Below are positions 1 through 14,548 of a stretch of DNA of 64,000 nucleotides, piece after piece. The stretch's first letter is position 1. Each line of letters starts with the position of its first letter. The notes beneath the pieces were generated by a model. The model searched no databases, had not been told where the DNA came from, and saw only the letters and a program-made list of their open reading frames with translations. The translations under genes and the position numbers were made by a program. Origin of the DNA: Amphiscolops sp. MND2022 (Eukaryota); the NCBI GenBank assembly GCA_964187785.1, contig OZ076413.1, forward strand, positions 47,804,001 to 47,868,000, in the 5' to 3' direction.

Positions 1-1562
1 CACATAGAGACCAATTTTCTCACCCCTCAAGTCTGTCTTATACGTCCAAAAACTTTGAACAATACAATGAAAAAACTGTAACAATCGGGTTGTTCTAGTT
101 CTAATAAAAAACAAACTTTACGAAGAAACAAGAGACACTGTAGTACCGTTAAAACGCCCGTAATAAAAAAAAACAGACAGCTTGCGACCTCAAATGTCTG
201 GCAAAAAAGTTACGGAGAAGTTTAATTTAAAAAAAAACAATTACAGATCGCAAAACTTGTTCATGCACTAATTGATGAATAATTTTAAAACAGCTAGTCG
301 CAAGAAAGTAGTCGCCTTGTCTTCAACTTCTCAAGATTCGACAAAATTTGGGATTAATGTTTTTGAAATTGGAATTACCAGTTTTAATCACATGAAACGA
401 TTTTATTGTTGGTCTAGTTGGAAGAGCACAAAAGTTCTACCTGATCACAGTCAAACCCAAGAGGCTATCGAAAAAACGCAAAATAGAAAAAAGACATCAA
501 CAATTCTCATCCCATCCGTGCCAAATATGTACACTAACATCAAGGCGCAACAACTGCAGGCAGAAATTCTAGTGGAAATCCTCGAAAGCTGTACAAAGAA
601 GGCTTGGCCCTTGCTACGTGAGTTGAGCCAATAAACTGATAGGGCGCTGAGTGTACCCCTAGGTTCATATGGACACATATAAAGCTCCCCTGGAATGTTA
701 ACAAAATGAAAAAATACGCTGCCGGCAGCTTACGTGCTCTCGGCGGGCAAACAATTCAGCAATATAACTTCTGAAATATCCAAATCTCTTCTTGGTATTG
801 GAGAACGTCAATTAGATACTGAAGGCAAAAAAGCCGTTTCGTAAAACGATGGCTGAACCAGCAGTATCAAAAATGCGAACAATTTGCGATCGTAAAGCGG
901 TCTTCAAGGAAAACTATGCCTCGTGATAACCACTTTGGAAGTCTGACGCTAGAATAACCATAGGCGATGCAATACCTCTAAGACACACTACTATATCCAA
1001 AATCTTCTGGGTGTGCATTTACCGCAGAATATGAAACTGCCAAGAATGTACTGAGAAAATGCTCGAAGAACCGTGATCGAGTGTTTGTGTACAATGGGAT
1101 CATAAAGATCTAAGACCAAAGTTAACTGTCAAAACCACGTAGAACGGGAACTACTCGCCAAGGCACACCACTACTGTCAGTTCGACAATGACAAAAACTG
1201 CAACGAGAGCGTTAGGTGTTGACCTGCCTTCAACTCCTGAAACAAGTTCGGTTTCAGTTCTAACTTCAGACAGAGTGGAAACTTGAGGAGAGCACCTGAT
1301 TTGGTACCACCAGTACAAAAGGAATCATACAAAGTAGTCTCTACGGCAGATGATGCTGTGAATAGATGTTCCAGGACACAGGGCTTCCCTGTCAGCCTTA
1401 GAAGACGACGGTTGTCAATCCAGTGACAATTCGCGTCACACCTCTTTCGTGGCATGAACGCGGTGTGCACAGTGCAATAGCTTTGCAAAGTAGAGTTCGA
1501 TTTCATCAAGACTTTGAAAAGAGAACTGAAGTGCCTGGATTTGAACAACAATCCATCCTCCC

Positions 1563-3138
1563 TGTCGCAGGCGGCCGCCTGTGACGGCATGTATTATCAA
1601 ATTGCTCCGGAGAATGATCAAAGTAACCCCGGACCAGGAGTACTCCCTAAATGAAACACTTAAAACGCTACTTCTTATATTATCTTTTTCACTTCAAAAA
1701 CAATTTCATGTAAAACTGATTAAATCAACAAATGGTTAAATGCCTACCCCAATAGTGTAAAATTTTGACCATTGGTCAATTTGACAGCAACGTACTACTT
1801 TAGTTATTCTGAATATTGTATTAATTGTCATTTCATTTATTGTAATTTCATTTGCTTAGTAACTCTAATACTTTGACGGTGCGACAAATATTTCAGGTGC
1901 GATACATTTGTAATCAATCGATAAGCGATGTTGTAATGTGCTTTAATAGCTTGCAAAACAGGTTAAAAGATTGGAAAAGCGTTCAACTGACTCAACACTG
2001 CAGTCAAGTCGACGCGCGGTCTAAATAGTTTCTGACCAGACCGAGCTCAGAATGAATCAATCTTTGCAGTCATGCTGACGCTTGGTCAGAATTTGTATTT
2101 CACTAGATATGACGCTCCCACTATATGAAATGTTGCTCTTAACTTAGTGTTAGTTACATGTAAATAAATAATGTGATAGTTTGATGCTATTTATAGTTCC
2201 TCATCAGGATGACGCATTGTCTGGTGACCTACTCTATTTTAGTATCTATAACCTAACATAAAACCCGAAAGCTGTTTTTAGAATGATGATTTTCTAAATT
2301 TAGCAACTCTACACTCAAAATTATGCTTGTCATGCAGTTCTGTCTATATATACGAGGAATTTGATGCCATTTGAACAATTGTTCATGATATATACTCACA
2401 AGCGGCGTTTCTGTTTCGTTTATTCCGAGTTTTATATTGACAATTCACTGTTGAAAACAATACGATTTCTTGACTATTCCTTCAACTAGACAACAGAAAG
2501 CAAAAGAGAAAGGTTCTAGACAATCTGACGTTATGTCTGATATCGAGAAGCTTGATGTAATGTTAGGGAGTTATCAAAGAGATAACAGCGAAACGCAGGA
2601 TGGGAATAACGAAAATGAAACTGACGTAAGGTCAACTAGACGAGGAGAAAGTTTGAATGAGAATGAAATGGACTACAGGTCGGTCTTACTTAAATAGTAA
2701 TCTCAGTGAGAATAGTTGAATGACTGTAGAAACTAGTAGGGCTATCAGTTCAGAAATTTCGTCACAAATGTCTAGGAAGATTGAAGAGATGCAAACAGGC
2801 CTAAACTCTCAGATATTCGACGTTATTAATGAAAGGGGTTAATGAAATAGAAACAAGGGTGTTACCAAGCATCAAAAATGCTGTAGGAAGCCAGAATTCA
2901 GCTAAAAATACAATATTGGAAGTTCGGTCAGATAGAATGCATCCGAGTAACTTCAGTCAGGTACGTTCTCGAAAGGACCTTCAGTCAGATAGACTGCATC
3001 CAGAAAATGACAGCCATGTAGCTCTGGATGCTCAGAATGATTTCCCCAGATTGGTAACGACGAGATGTGACCAAATGAATCACTGTGGAGAGAATTCAGT
3101 GGATTCTCATCATAGTGATGATAAAATTGGTTACGACA
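1563..3138 (+). repeat. 5' LTR
   Basis: Begins TGTCGCA and ends TACGACA (TG...CA with short inverted termini); aligns along its length with 50992-52476; similarity stops exactly at 3138. Confidence 0.9.
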
Positions 3139-4209
3139 TGGTGACAGGAGCCAACCCTACCCCTCAAATGGTCCCTGGACTCCTGACCGGACGACCCATG
3201 CAATCCCGAAATGAAACCCCGCATCAGCATTGTAGCAATGGTGACACCCTTGATACAACCCTTCCCGCACAGCAAATACCAGTGCCACGAACACTCAGAA
3301 CACAAACTCAGAATCTCCAGTAGATCCCATTATTCGTCTTGCCGACGTAATCATGGGCATGAACAGCAAACCATCGGCACAAACACTGATGGTATGACCA
3401 ATCAGTACGACCACACTGACAATTGATGGCAAATTTGAAAAGTTCGAACTGTTCGAAGATCTTCACACGATGATAAAGATGCAACCTGACATGACGGAAA
3501 CAATGGAAATCAACCATTTTCATTCACGGCTGCGCAAAAATGCGCTACAGACTTTCCATAACATCAATTCAGCCAATAAACAAACCCTGGAAGGTTTATT
3601 AGCAGGAAATATTTTAAACCTGAATCCTAGGCAACTTCCAAACACAAATGGCCTAAACCAGTATTTGACCCAATTACCATGAAACTGCTCGATTTTTTCG
3701 AAGAAATCAACCAGGGAGCTGAAGCTGGAAAAGCTTTAGGAGAGCATGCCCAAGCGATGATTGACAGTCTGCTTTATGCTAAACTGTCACCCTAACTGAA
3801 ACGCTCAGTCAATATGGCGAGACTTGAAAACGCCACATATGAAGAAATTGTCATACAGATGGAACGAGATTCAGAACTGAACGGACTTGAGGAAGGTGAT
3901 GACATTCCCGTTCCCACAATGTCAACAGCCCCGACAGCAACACGACCGGGTACTGGCCTCCTTTCATCGGGCATTGACGCAGGGACAACATGCAACTATT
4001 GCAAAAAACCTGGACATGTTAAGGTTGATTGTCGAAAACTCAGCGAAAGGAGGAACAAAAACGCAATGACGGCCAGTATACCAAGAAAAAGTACCCAAAG
4101 TGCCCGACTTGTGACAAAACAAACCACCCGGCGGAACGGTGTTGGAAATGCGCTGGATGACTCCAACAACAAACCTACTACTTCCATTCTCAAAAATTCA
4201 AGAAACTAG
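2470..4209 (+). pseudogene. gag: gag, fragmented; starts inside the LTR
   Basis: Collinear ORF pieces 2470-2697, 2829-3323, 3470-3682, 3814-4209; zinc knuckle CNYCKKPGHVKVDC; a second knuckle (CPTCDKTNHPAERC) in a shifted frame at ~4100. Confidence 0.85.
3139..3150 (+). promoter_or_regulatory. Primer-binding site, tRNA-Leu-like (tentative tRNA assignment)
   Basis: TGGTGACAGGAG directly after the LTR end; 11/12 match to TGGTGTCAGGAG, the complement of a typical animal tRNA-Leu(CAG) 3' end. Confidence 0.7.
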
Positions 4210-4713
4210 CTTTGCCACGACTTCGCCTCAATGAAAAACTACGTGTCGGACAATATATAACTTCTGACCCTTCTACTATCTATTACACTGAATATTATTC
4301 ATCACTCAATGAAAGTTCATCAGCTGACTGGCAGCAGCAGGTGAAAAATACTCCTACTAGTTTAAACGACTTGGATCATCAGTCCGATAGACAGCACTGT
4401 AACACTACCACTGTTTGTCCTCTTCCCCTCATAGATAATTACAAAACCTACAATATTGACCCAGACTTCGGTTTCGACCCGTATTGGACATACAAATCTA
4501 CAACCAACATCATCTATATTTCTACAACAATTTCACAAAAAACACCACCGACATGGAGTCTGATTTACCTAAAATCGATTTCAATCTGAATACAACGTTA
4601 TCCAAGGCTCTGGTTGACCCTTGGCAACGGACATGGGCCCATTACCCAGCAACCCATGATGAACCAACAAGAAACTTCCCCAAGTTGGACCTTCGGTCAC
4701 ACTGATTGCAACG

Positions 4714-4947
4714 GTGGAAGAACGCTTTGTAAACACGCTCATCTCGCGACATTGTGAATTCGACTACGTCCTTCTCACAACAAATTTGGGGGTCAAATAC
4801 AAGAGACGCATGCTCTACTTTCCAATGGATTTCGGCGAACTAACTTTAGATGGCCTTGTAGACACGGGAGCCCTATCTAGTGCTATCCCTGAAGCTGATC
4901 TACGTAAAATCCGTTTGTTAGCCCCTTAGTCAGTTATAAAAGACCCA
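4714..4947 (+). pseudogene. pol: pol, aspartic protease N-terminal half (interrupted by the giant DNA transposon)
   Basis: LDGLVDTGALSSAI active-site motif; the frame continues at 39895 (...IKDP|ALSFQIMVASGQLE...). Confidence 0.9.
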
Positions 4948-5255
4948 CATTACGATACACGTACCGGTAAGCTGCCTTTAGTCAAGCAGCGTAATCTGAG
5001 TAAAATGGTAAAATGGTCATTCAGCGTAAGTTAGTCAAGACGGTCTATGCTTCAACGGTGTAGCAAAATCAACGCGCGTAATGGAAAATTGTGTAAGTTA
5101 GTCAAAACACGTAATTAGAAAAAAGCGGAAGTTAGTCCAAAAAGACTCTTTTTCGTAAGTCAGTCAAAACGTTGACTAACTTCCACTTTTTGCAAATTGA
5201 GGGACTCCTATACTTCCGAAAAGTGGAATGTGGTCAAAGTTTTGACTAACTTACA
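4948..5255. repeat. Left terminus: TIR plus subterminal AAGTTAGTCAA repeats
   Basis: (AAG)TTAGTCAA-like copies at ~4978, 5028, 5095, 5128, 5156, and inverted TTGACTAACTT at ~5172 and 5242. Confidence 0.85.
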
Positions 5256-6353
5256 CCATGTTTATATGCATTCAAAACTCAGTGTTCATTTTAATTCTAA
5301 TTCATACCACAGCATCATAAACCAGTCAAAGTAAACAATGATTCAATAAATAATTAGTTATCATTACTGAGCTCTACCGTGCATAGTACGTATAAACTGC
5401 ATTCAATGCAAGTTGCACACGTGAACACGTGCGTTTCATCCACGCATTTACGTGCAAATAAAATACCTTGTAGCTTCTAATTAGTACAATTGATTGATCT
5501 GTCAACAGGTTTCCTATTTTAACAAAACAATTTTAAAGCAGCCCTCATTAATAGTTGCCTAACTAATTTTAATTTTGGTCCCTGTCGTGAGCACAGTCAC
5601 CGGAATGATTGGTTAACTTGTTATTTTGGTCTGGGTATTTTGAGCCAGGGTATTGGCAAGGATCTATTTTGATCCCTGTCGTGAGCAACATCAAGAAAAG
5701 TTGTAACAAATAATCTATACGAAGTTGAAACTTTATCAAACCGAAAACAGTAGTTTATGGAATACCGATCTTGAATTATTGAACTAAAAACGAAGTTTGG
5801 ACCATGTGCCTTATCCTCCCTCAGATAAATACTGTTTCTTATCCAACAACACCCCCCCCCCAACCTTCAATTGGTCAAATGGAAAAGAGAATGAGAGAAT
5901 TGATTCCAAAATTGAATTACTTTGTATCATGGTTAAGCATTAAAAGCATTGAATAAAGCCACGTGACATATACGTCACGTTACATATACGGTACATGTAT
6001 GTTTTAAAAGTTTATGAATGTGTGCAAAGCAGCGGCAAGTGTTGATGTTGGCGCGGTGGATAAGTCCATCGGATGTGACTGTTAGTCACTGAGTACCACA
6101 GGATCGATCCCAGCCATTAGCACACTGGCGAATCGATACATACAACTCTTACAAAGATACCCTTCATATTTGGCAGCTCATGTCTCTCGGGCCGAATATT
6201 CCACATTGAAGGAATCAGCACCGCTGCAACATCCTTTTTGATGAGAGGAACTCCAAGGTGTGACCTTGTTCTGTGCCGCAACTTTGTGTGCCCCACAAAT
6301 GATGCAATGATGATTGCTAATGATTGCAATGATTAGAGATTGCGAGATACTAG

Positions 6354-6778
6354 CAGGGATGTTAAAATATTTATTTATCGTTTCGATAACCGCGATAAAA
6401 TATCGGAATACATTATTGTTGCCTAGAAAATATTCAGATTTTTTATTGTCCAATAAAAATGAATTCCAATAATCGTGTGAAGCGTGCCTCGATTATCGAC
6501 CAGTCTAAAAGCGAAACACATTTTGTCGCCAGAAAGAAAGCGATTATACCCAATGCATGTTGAAGCCCTCATGTTTCTCAAAGCAAACGAAAAATTATGG
6601 GATGCAATACTGGTTTCGAAACTTTAGCAGCTAGAACTGTGAACAACGATAATCGAAAATACTTCGATAATTTATTGTTGAGTTTGTAAAAATCCGATAA
6701 TTTATCGCTGTGTTTGAAAAATATAAATAATTTATTGTTGTTCACAATATTATTGCGATAAAATAATTAACATCCCTG
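6354..6778 (+). mobile_element. hAT-family non-autonomous element with transposase C-terminal remnant
   Basis: TIR CAGGGATGTTAA...TTAACATCCCTG; near-perfect 8-bp TSD gatactag / ga-actag; 6511-6627 encodes AKHILSPERKRLYPMHVEALMFLKAN, like the end of the hAT dimerisation domain. Confidence 0.85.
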
Positions 6779-7186
6779 GAACTAGTATCCAAATTCTGGC
6801 CCCCATTCCTGGCTGCCAATGATATTCATAAAACTCTGACAAAGACACCCTTCCTATTCGGCGTCTCATGTCGCCGAATATTCCACATTGATGGTATTAA
6901 CACCGCCGAAATATCCTTTTTGATGAGAGGAACTTTGATGGTGAATTCCCAAATAACATAAGAGCAAATAACATAAGAACGAAATTAGTTTCAAATAACA
7001 TAAAAATGAAATGAGTTTGACTAAACATAAAAATAAAAATGTTTACGAGAAGGTTTTAGCTGTCAAAAGCATTCACAATTCAAAAGATTCACTCAAAAAA
7101 GTATGAAAATTACAAATAAACTTTCGTGAGTTCGATTACTTAACCGGGTATTCGGTTTTATTTTTATGTTATTTGAACCTAATTTT

Positions 7187-7720
<534 letters not shown>

Positions 7721-9631
7721 TACTCCGAGAATCCAAATTGCACCCCTTGATTTCAATCGACAGTCCGATTTGCACAAAACCCCCCTGCAAATTGGCCGTG
7801 CAATTTGGCATCCATGGTTTAAGCATCTTCCCGAAAGAGTTGGAGAAAAATATTTTACCACACATGCAAAACGCCCAAAAAACGTCCATTCGTGAAAAAA
7901 AATCGACTTTTTTTAACCCATCTTTGGCGACTCGCCGTCGAGTTCAGAACGTCGAGGCCAAATTGCACCATCCCGGCTAGTTGAGAAAGAGGCCAGTTTG
8001 CACATCAAATTATTGTTACCGAAGTTGTAGGAAAGAAAACACTGGCTGGCTTTAATTTCATATTTACTTCCCAGTGGTATTCTCGAAAGTTGTAAATATG
8101 TTGCTCAAAGATGGAAATTCAGTTTTATATCCAATATATTTGGGAGGTGGGTTTGTTGCTATAATCATTTGGAACTGTAAATTTGTATCAATATACAATT
8201 ATATTTTTTTAATATTACAATTATATTATGTTATTAATATTTTAATATGTAAATGATTTTTTGCAATTCTATTGCCATTTTATAAATAGACAGTTTCGCC
8301 ATTGCAGGTACTTAATAAAAACCTTCATGTTCAAATTTGATTGGCTGCCTGCCGCTTTCGCCAATTATTTCACACCTCTCACACGGAAGTGAAGATCTGA
8401 AGAAAGGACTCAAATTCACTGACAATAACAGTTGGGCTGCATTATTTTGGGTGTTCAACCAACCAAATACCCGTCCAGGTACACCTTGTTGTGAATACGA
8501 AAGCACATTTGGTTTCATTAGTTCACAAAATTTCACTGATAAGAGAATAATTCAAAGATGAAAATTATCTTATATATATCTTATATTATATCCAATATAT
8601 TTGGGAGGTGGGTTTGTTGCTATAATCATTTTGAATTGTAAATTGTAAATTATAAATTTGTAAATTGTAAATTCAAATCCTATAATAATTTAATGTTGTG
8701 TTGTTTCTAAAAAAATAAATATATTTGCTGCTGACTAGAAATAAGCATAATAAAAGTTATATTATTAAAAGCAAAAAGAAGTAAGAACAAATAAGCACAA
8801 AACTGGAAAAATGTCGGGAATAAGTGGTTGCTATGATACATTCAGAACAAAATATCACTTTTTCCCAGTATAATGTATTTTTAAAGAGGCTCTCAATTAG
8901 GGGATCACATAGTGTCACCCATAACAAGACCCACGCCGAGAACGTGGCCTCTGTAGGGTCTCATTGAAACAATCAAATTAATTCCCAAAAACAAACAGTC
9001 AAACTTCTTTATATTAGAAGTTTGGATTCTCAAAACATTTGTTCCTTAATGAATAATAACACTAATTCTACATTTTGTAATGTTTGTGAGCAAAACAGCA
9101 GTTGAAGAATGCAATCTGATTGGCCAACTGTATCTTTCCTGTAGGTTGAGAAACAAACAAAATATTTCCAAAAAAAATCAGAAATTAGAGGAAGTATTTG
9201 TGTTTTCTTAAATGACATCAATACTATATTAAATGAAACAATACTACATTGTCAAAGCTCAAATTTGATTGGCTGGGGCATTCGCCAATGATAATGGTGT
9301 CCATGTCGACATAATGGTATTTGAACCTTCTCTATTATTTCCCCCTGCCGCAGTTTTGGGGGGGATAAATGACATGGTCCAACATAAGGGACGGGAAAAT
9401 ATATGATTATGGGTGAAAATAATTATAATAAATGAAAAAATTAAATTATTTTTACTGTCAAACGAACAAAAATAATTGTTTTTGGACCTGTTAAAATAAA
9501 AAACATTTGAATGCAGTAGCTGGCAGGTAAAACCCTTCTTTCAAAAAAAGATTAGAATTTACTTTATGCAGAGTGGATGTTCTTTCAAAAATACCATAAA
9601 ATTTTCATACACTCTGAATTTTTTTTGTGTC

Positions 9632-9716
<85 letters not shown>

Positions 9717-9722
9717 AATAAT
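9632..9722. repeat. (AAT)n microsatellite
   Basis: Direct inspection. Confidence 0.97.
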
Positions 9723-10909
9723 ATAGAGAAAGAAACTAAAAAAAACTAAGAATTATAGTTTTGTATTTTTTGTTTGATTTCAAAACACTTCATAAACCGC
9801 CCCCCCCCAACACGAAAGCACATTTTGTTTTTGAATAAAAATTTTCCACTAACAAGAGAATATTGTATGAATGTAAATACTACTGCTTGGGGGAAATAAG
9901 ACAAATAGTCTGAACAATTAATTACAGTTGCTAATTCCTTCAAGCAGAATAAAAAAAATCGTTCTATTTTCCCCCAGGTACACCTTGTTATTTTCCAGAA
10001 AGTTATATTTGAGAACCAAACTTGTTTGAAAACTAAAGGGAAAAATCAAATTCTTGCTTTGAAAAGAATTTCAATGCACTTTTTTCAAAAAAAGATTAGA
10101 CCTTACTTTGTGCAGAGTTGCCGAATTCCAATAAAATATAATCTAATGCAATATTGTCAAATTTAATTACAATAGAATGTCGAAACAACTCTGGAAACTG
10201 CCGTTCAATTTCGCAATATTTTCGAAATAAACGTGAAAATGGAAAATGATAATAAGTTTATATATATAAAATGTTACTTACTTGTACCCATTTTGACCTT
10301 GTACATCTTTGTGGATATCGAATGAATTTCAACTGTAGAATTGGTAAAGTAATTTATTTTTTACTGGTCTTTTGTAAAGAATTCAATAATTGAAGACACA
10401 ATAAAAAGATATATAAGAAAAGATTCTAAACGATGAGGGAATTTATTTGGCGGAATGGGAACGATTTCATCTTGAATTCGGGGCTAGGAACAGTCAGCCA
10501 AGTCACCAAATTGAAGTTCACCAAATTGTATGTATGTATGTACACCATATGCATAAAACACTTTATAATGTATTACATTTGATCATTGCATAAAACACTT
10601 TATAATGTATTACCGTATGATCATTGCATACTGCTGTACTACATGCACAGTGTGAGCGACTGCGTGTACCAGTCATGCGTATTACGTCATGACTTCACGT
10701 GTGAATGATTTCACGTGTGAATGAATCGTTCTTCACAGTGGTGTAAAGCACAGCAGTACTTTTCAGTTAAACTCAGCCATTATTCATCTGTGAAATATAA
10801 TTTTCATTTGAGTGTAAAAATAAAAAGATTTTATTTCGTTTATTAAAAAATATTGTACCAATAATTAAAACACCATCCTGTACCAGAGAATAAATGTAAA
10901 TCGCGAACG

Positions 10910-11179
10910 AAGAGAGTTAGAAGATTTTTAATGCCATATTTGGACTCGTGTAGAAAGTGATTCAGGTGGAGCCCGACTGCACCATCTCCACTTGGGTCGA
11001 CGTTGTTGACCCTCGAGGCCCAATTGCTCAACTACAGTAGTGATGTCACTACTGTAGTTGAGCAATGGGGGCTTGGGGGTCAACAGCGTCGCCCCGAGTG
11101 GAGATGGTGCAGCCGCGCTCCACCCGAATCACTTTCTACACGAGTCCAAATATGGCATTAAAAATCTTCTAACTCTCTT
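10910..11179. mobile_element. ~270-bp foldback / MITE-like palindrome
   Basis: Long imperfect inverted arms centred at ~11044; this produces the mirror ORFs 10843-11031(-) and 11058-11300(+). Confidence 0.75.
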
Positions 11180-11449
11180 AGTTTCCGATTTAATATTTTT
11201 ATATTTAAAACATATTTATTTGAAGTTTAATCTATATTATACTTTTCATATTATATCATATATAATATATCATATATATCAAAATCATATAATGCCGTAA
11301 CAAATATATATTAAAATCATATATATCAAAATCTTATAAGGCCGTAACAAAACTGTTACAGCCACCAAAGTGGCCACCGATGGAACTGTGGTGGAAGATC
11401 GGTGGCCACCGATGGATTTCCATGGGTTGTCAACTCGGGTAGTTAGATT

Positions 11450-12612
11450 TTGACACACACAGAAAAGATACAGATGGGGGGTTGGTACCATTCGATTTGT
11501 AATTGAAGGCAGTATCTGGAAAATAGAACCCCCCAACCTGGGAATTTTGTTTTAATATATTTTTTTGACGTTTATTCCAAAAATAACATGAAATTTTCCT
11601 ATTTTCTGAAACATTTTTGAAATTATTTTAGTAATTTCTCCACACACAAGAAAGATACCGATGGGGGGTTGGTACCATTCGATTTGTAATTGAATGCAGT
11701 ACCTGGAAAATAGAACCCCCCAACCTGGGAATTTTGTTTTAACATATATTTTTTGACGTTTTCTCAAAAATAACATGAAATTTTCCTATTTTCTGAAACA
11801 TTTTTGAAATTATTTTGGAAATTTCTCCACACACAAGAAAGATACAGATGGGGGGTTTATACCATTCGATTTGTAATTGAATGCAGTACGTGGAAAAAAG
11901 AACCCCCCCAACCTGGGAATTTTGTTTTAATACATTTTTTGACGTTTTTTCCAAAATAACATGAAATTTTCCTATTTTCTGAAACATTTTTGAAATTATT
12001 TTAGTAATTTCTCCACACACAAGAAAGATACCGATGGGGGGTTGGTACCATTCGATTTGTAATTGAATGCAGTACCTGGAAAATAGAACCCCCCAACCTG
12101 GGAATTTTGTTTTATTATATATTTTTTGACGTTTTCTCAAAAATAACATGAAATTGTCCTATTTTCTGAAACATTTTTGAAATTATTTTGGTAATTTCTC
12201 CACACACAAGAAAGATACAGATGGGGGTTCATACCATTCGATTTGTAATTGAATGCAGTACGTGGAAAAAAGAACCCCCAACCTGGGAATTTTGTTTTAA
12301 TACATTTTTTTGACGTTTTTTCAAAAATAACATGAAACTTTTCTATTTTCTGAAACATTTTCGAAAATATTTTGGTAATTTCTCCACACACAGAAAAGAT
12401 ACAGATAGGGGGGTTGGTACCATTCGATTTGTAATTGAATGCAGTACCTGGAAAATAGAACCCCCCGAACCTGGGAATTTTGTTTTGATATATTTTTTGA
12501 CGTTTTTTCAAAAATAACATGAAATTTTCCTATTTTCTGAACCATTTTTGAAATTATTTTCTCTCCACACGTATGGTAATTTCTCCACACGCAAGAAAGA
12601 TACCGATGAGGG
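11450..12612. repeat. Tandem array, ~187-bp unit, ~6 copies
   Basis: acacacaagaaagata recurs at ~11455, 11642, 11829, 12016, 12202, 12386, 12588. Confidence 0.95.
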
Positions 12613-12633
12613 GTTTAAAAAAACTTTAAAATA

Positions 12634-13031
12634 AAATTCGAAAAAGGGATACCGTGACCAAGTTCGAAACAGCGATCCCGTGACTAAGTTCGAAAAAGGG
12701 ATACCGTGAATAACTTCGAAAACGGGATACCGTGACTAAGTTCGAAAAAGCGATCCCGTGAATAAATTCGAAAAAGGGATACCGTGACCAAGTTCGAAAC
12801 AGCGATCCCGTGACTAAGTTCGAAAAAGGGATACCGTGAATAACTTCGAAAACGGGATACCGTGACTAAGTTCGAAGCAGCGATCCCGTGACTAAGTTCG
12901 AAAAAGGGATACCGTGAACAAGTTCGAAACAGCGATCCCGTGACTAAGTTCGAAAAAGGGATACCGTGAATAACTTCGAAAACGGGATACCGTGACTAAG
13001 TTCGAAAAAGCGATCCCGTGAATAAATTCGA
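12634..13031. repeat. 26-bp minisatellite organised as 3 x 130-bp higher-order repeat
   Basis: Units like aagttcgaaaaagggataccgtgact; the 5-unit variant order recurs at 12634, 12764, 12894. Confidence 0.92.
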
Positions 13032-13037
13032 GTTTGC

Positions 13038-14165
13038 GAAACGACGAGAATCCAAATTGCACCCCTGTGGATAGAGTTGAGAAGCCAAGGAGCACATCGG
13101 GATTATCTGTAGGGAAGTCAATTTGCATTTCCCTTTTTTGAGCTTAGTTGGGTTGAAGTATTGAAAATGATTGTGCAGATTGGCTTCTCGAATGAAAACT
13201 ACGAAATGCAGTTTGGCTTAGCCATGATTACGTAAGAAGTGCAAAATGGATTCTCGAGTGTGTGAAACAGCGAGAATCCAAATTGCACCAGGGTGGGTAG
13301 CGTCGAGAAGCCAAGGAGCACATCAAGATTATCTGTAGGGAAGCCAATTTGCATTTCCCTTTTCGAGTTTAGTTGGGTTGAAGTAAAGGAAATGATTGTG
13401 CAGATTGGATTCGCGAATGCAAACTACGAAATGCAATTTGGCTTAGCCATGATTACGTAAGAAGTGCAAAATGGATTCTCGAGTGTGTGAAACGGCGAGA
13501 ATCCAAATTGCACCAGGGTGGATAGCGTCGAGAAGCCAAGGAGCACATCAAGATTATCTGTAGGGAAGCCAATTTGCATTTCCCTTTTCGAGTTTAGTTG
13601 GGTTGAAGTAAAGAAAATGATTGTGCAGATTGGATTCCCGAATGCAAACTACGAAATGCAATTTGGCTTAGCCATGATTACGTAAGAAGTGCAAAATGGA
13701 TTCTCGAGTGTGTGAAACAGCGAGAATCCAAATTGCACCAGGGTGGGTAGCGTCGAGAAGCCAAGGAGCACATCAAGATTATCTGTAGGGAAGCCAATTT
13801 GCATTTCCCTTTTCGAGTTTAGTTGGGTTGAAGTAATGAAAATGATTGTGCAAATTGGACTTCCGAATGCAAACTACGAAATGCAATTTGGCTTCGCGAT
13901 GATTACGTAAGAAGTGCATTATGGATTCTCGAGTGTGTGAAACGGCGAGAATCCAAATTGCACCCCTGTGGATAGAGTCGAGAAGCCAGAGAGCACATCG
14001 GGATTATCTGTAGGGAAGCCAATTTGCATTTCCCTTTTCGAGTTTAGTTGGGTTGAAGTAATGAAAATGATTGTGCAAATTGGACTCCCGAATGAAAACT
14101 ACGAAATGCAGTTTGGCTTAGCCTGATCACGTAAGAAGTGCAAAATGGATTCTCGAGTCTGTGAA
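13038..14165. repeat. Tandem array, ~225-bp unit, 5 copies
   Basis: gagaatccaaattgcac recurs at ~13046, 13272, 13497, 13722, 13947; the unit start matches the left terminus of the 7721-14389 element. Confidence 0.93.
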
Positions 14166-14383
14166 GCGGCTTATCTGTAGAGAGACCAATTTCCATTTTC
14201 GTGGCATGTGCAAAACGGTTTCTCGATGCTCTCTCTATGGCAAAGACTCCAAAACGCAAAATAATAGATCCTGTGCAATTTGGCCTCCACTTGTGCAAAA
14301 TGGCCTCAGCTGTGCAAATTGGCCTCCGGGCCTCCTGCAAAATGGACTCGATATTTCTAGAAATTCATGCAATTTGGCTTCTC

Positions 14384-14548
<165 letters not shown>

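Noticed and set aside
272..1562. Gene or LINE 5' region interrupted by the Gypsy element (possibly continuing at 52477 as NLKLVVLNLCRSLKS)
   Set aside because: Only short broken ORFs and a weak resemblance to an AP-endonuclease start; not enough to call.
8880..8965. tRNA/ncRNA in the ~85-bp repeat also found at 38314-38396
   Set aside because: No cloverleaf or clear A/B boxes; treated as an unclassified dispersed repeat.
11285..12590. Repeated ORFs (MLFLRKRQKIY...)
   Set aside because: Translations of the 187-bp tandem array with frame-breaking length variation.
12634..13031. CRISPR-like array
   Set aside because: Units are contiguous with no unique spacers, there are no cas genes, and the context is eukaryotic; it is a minisatellite.
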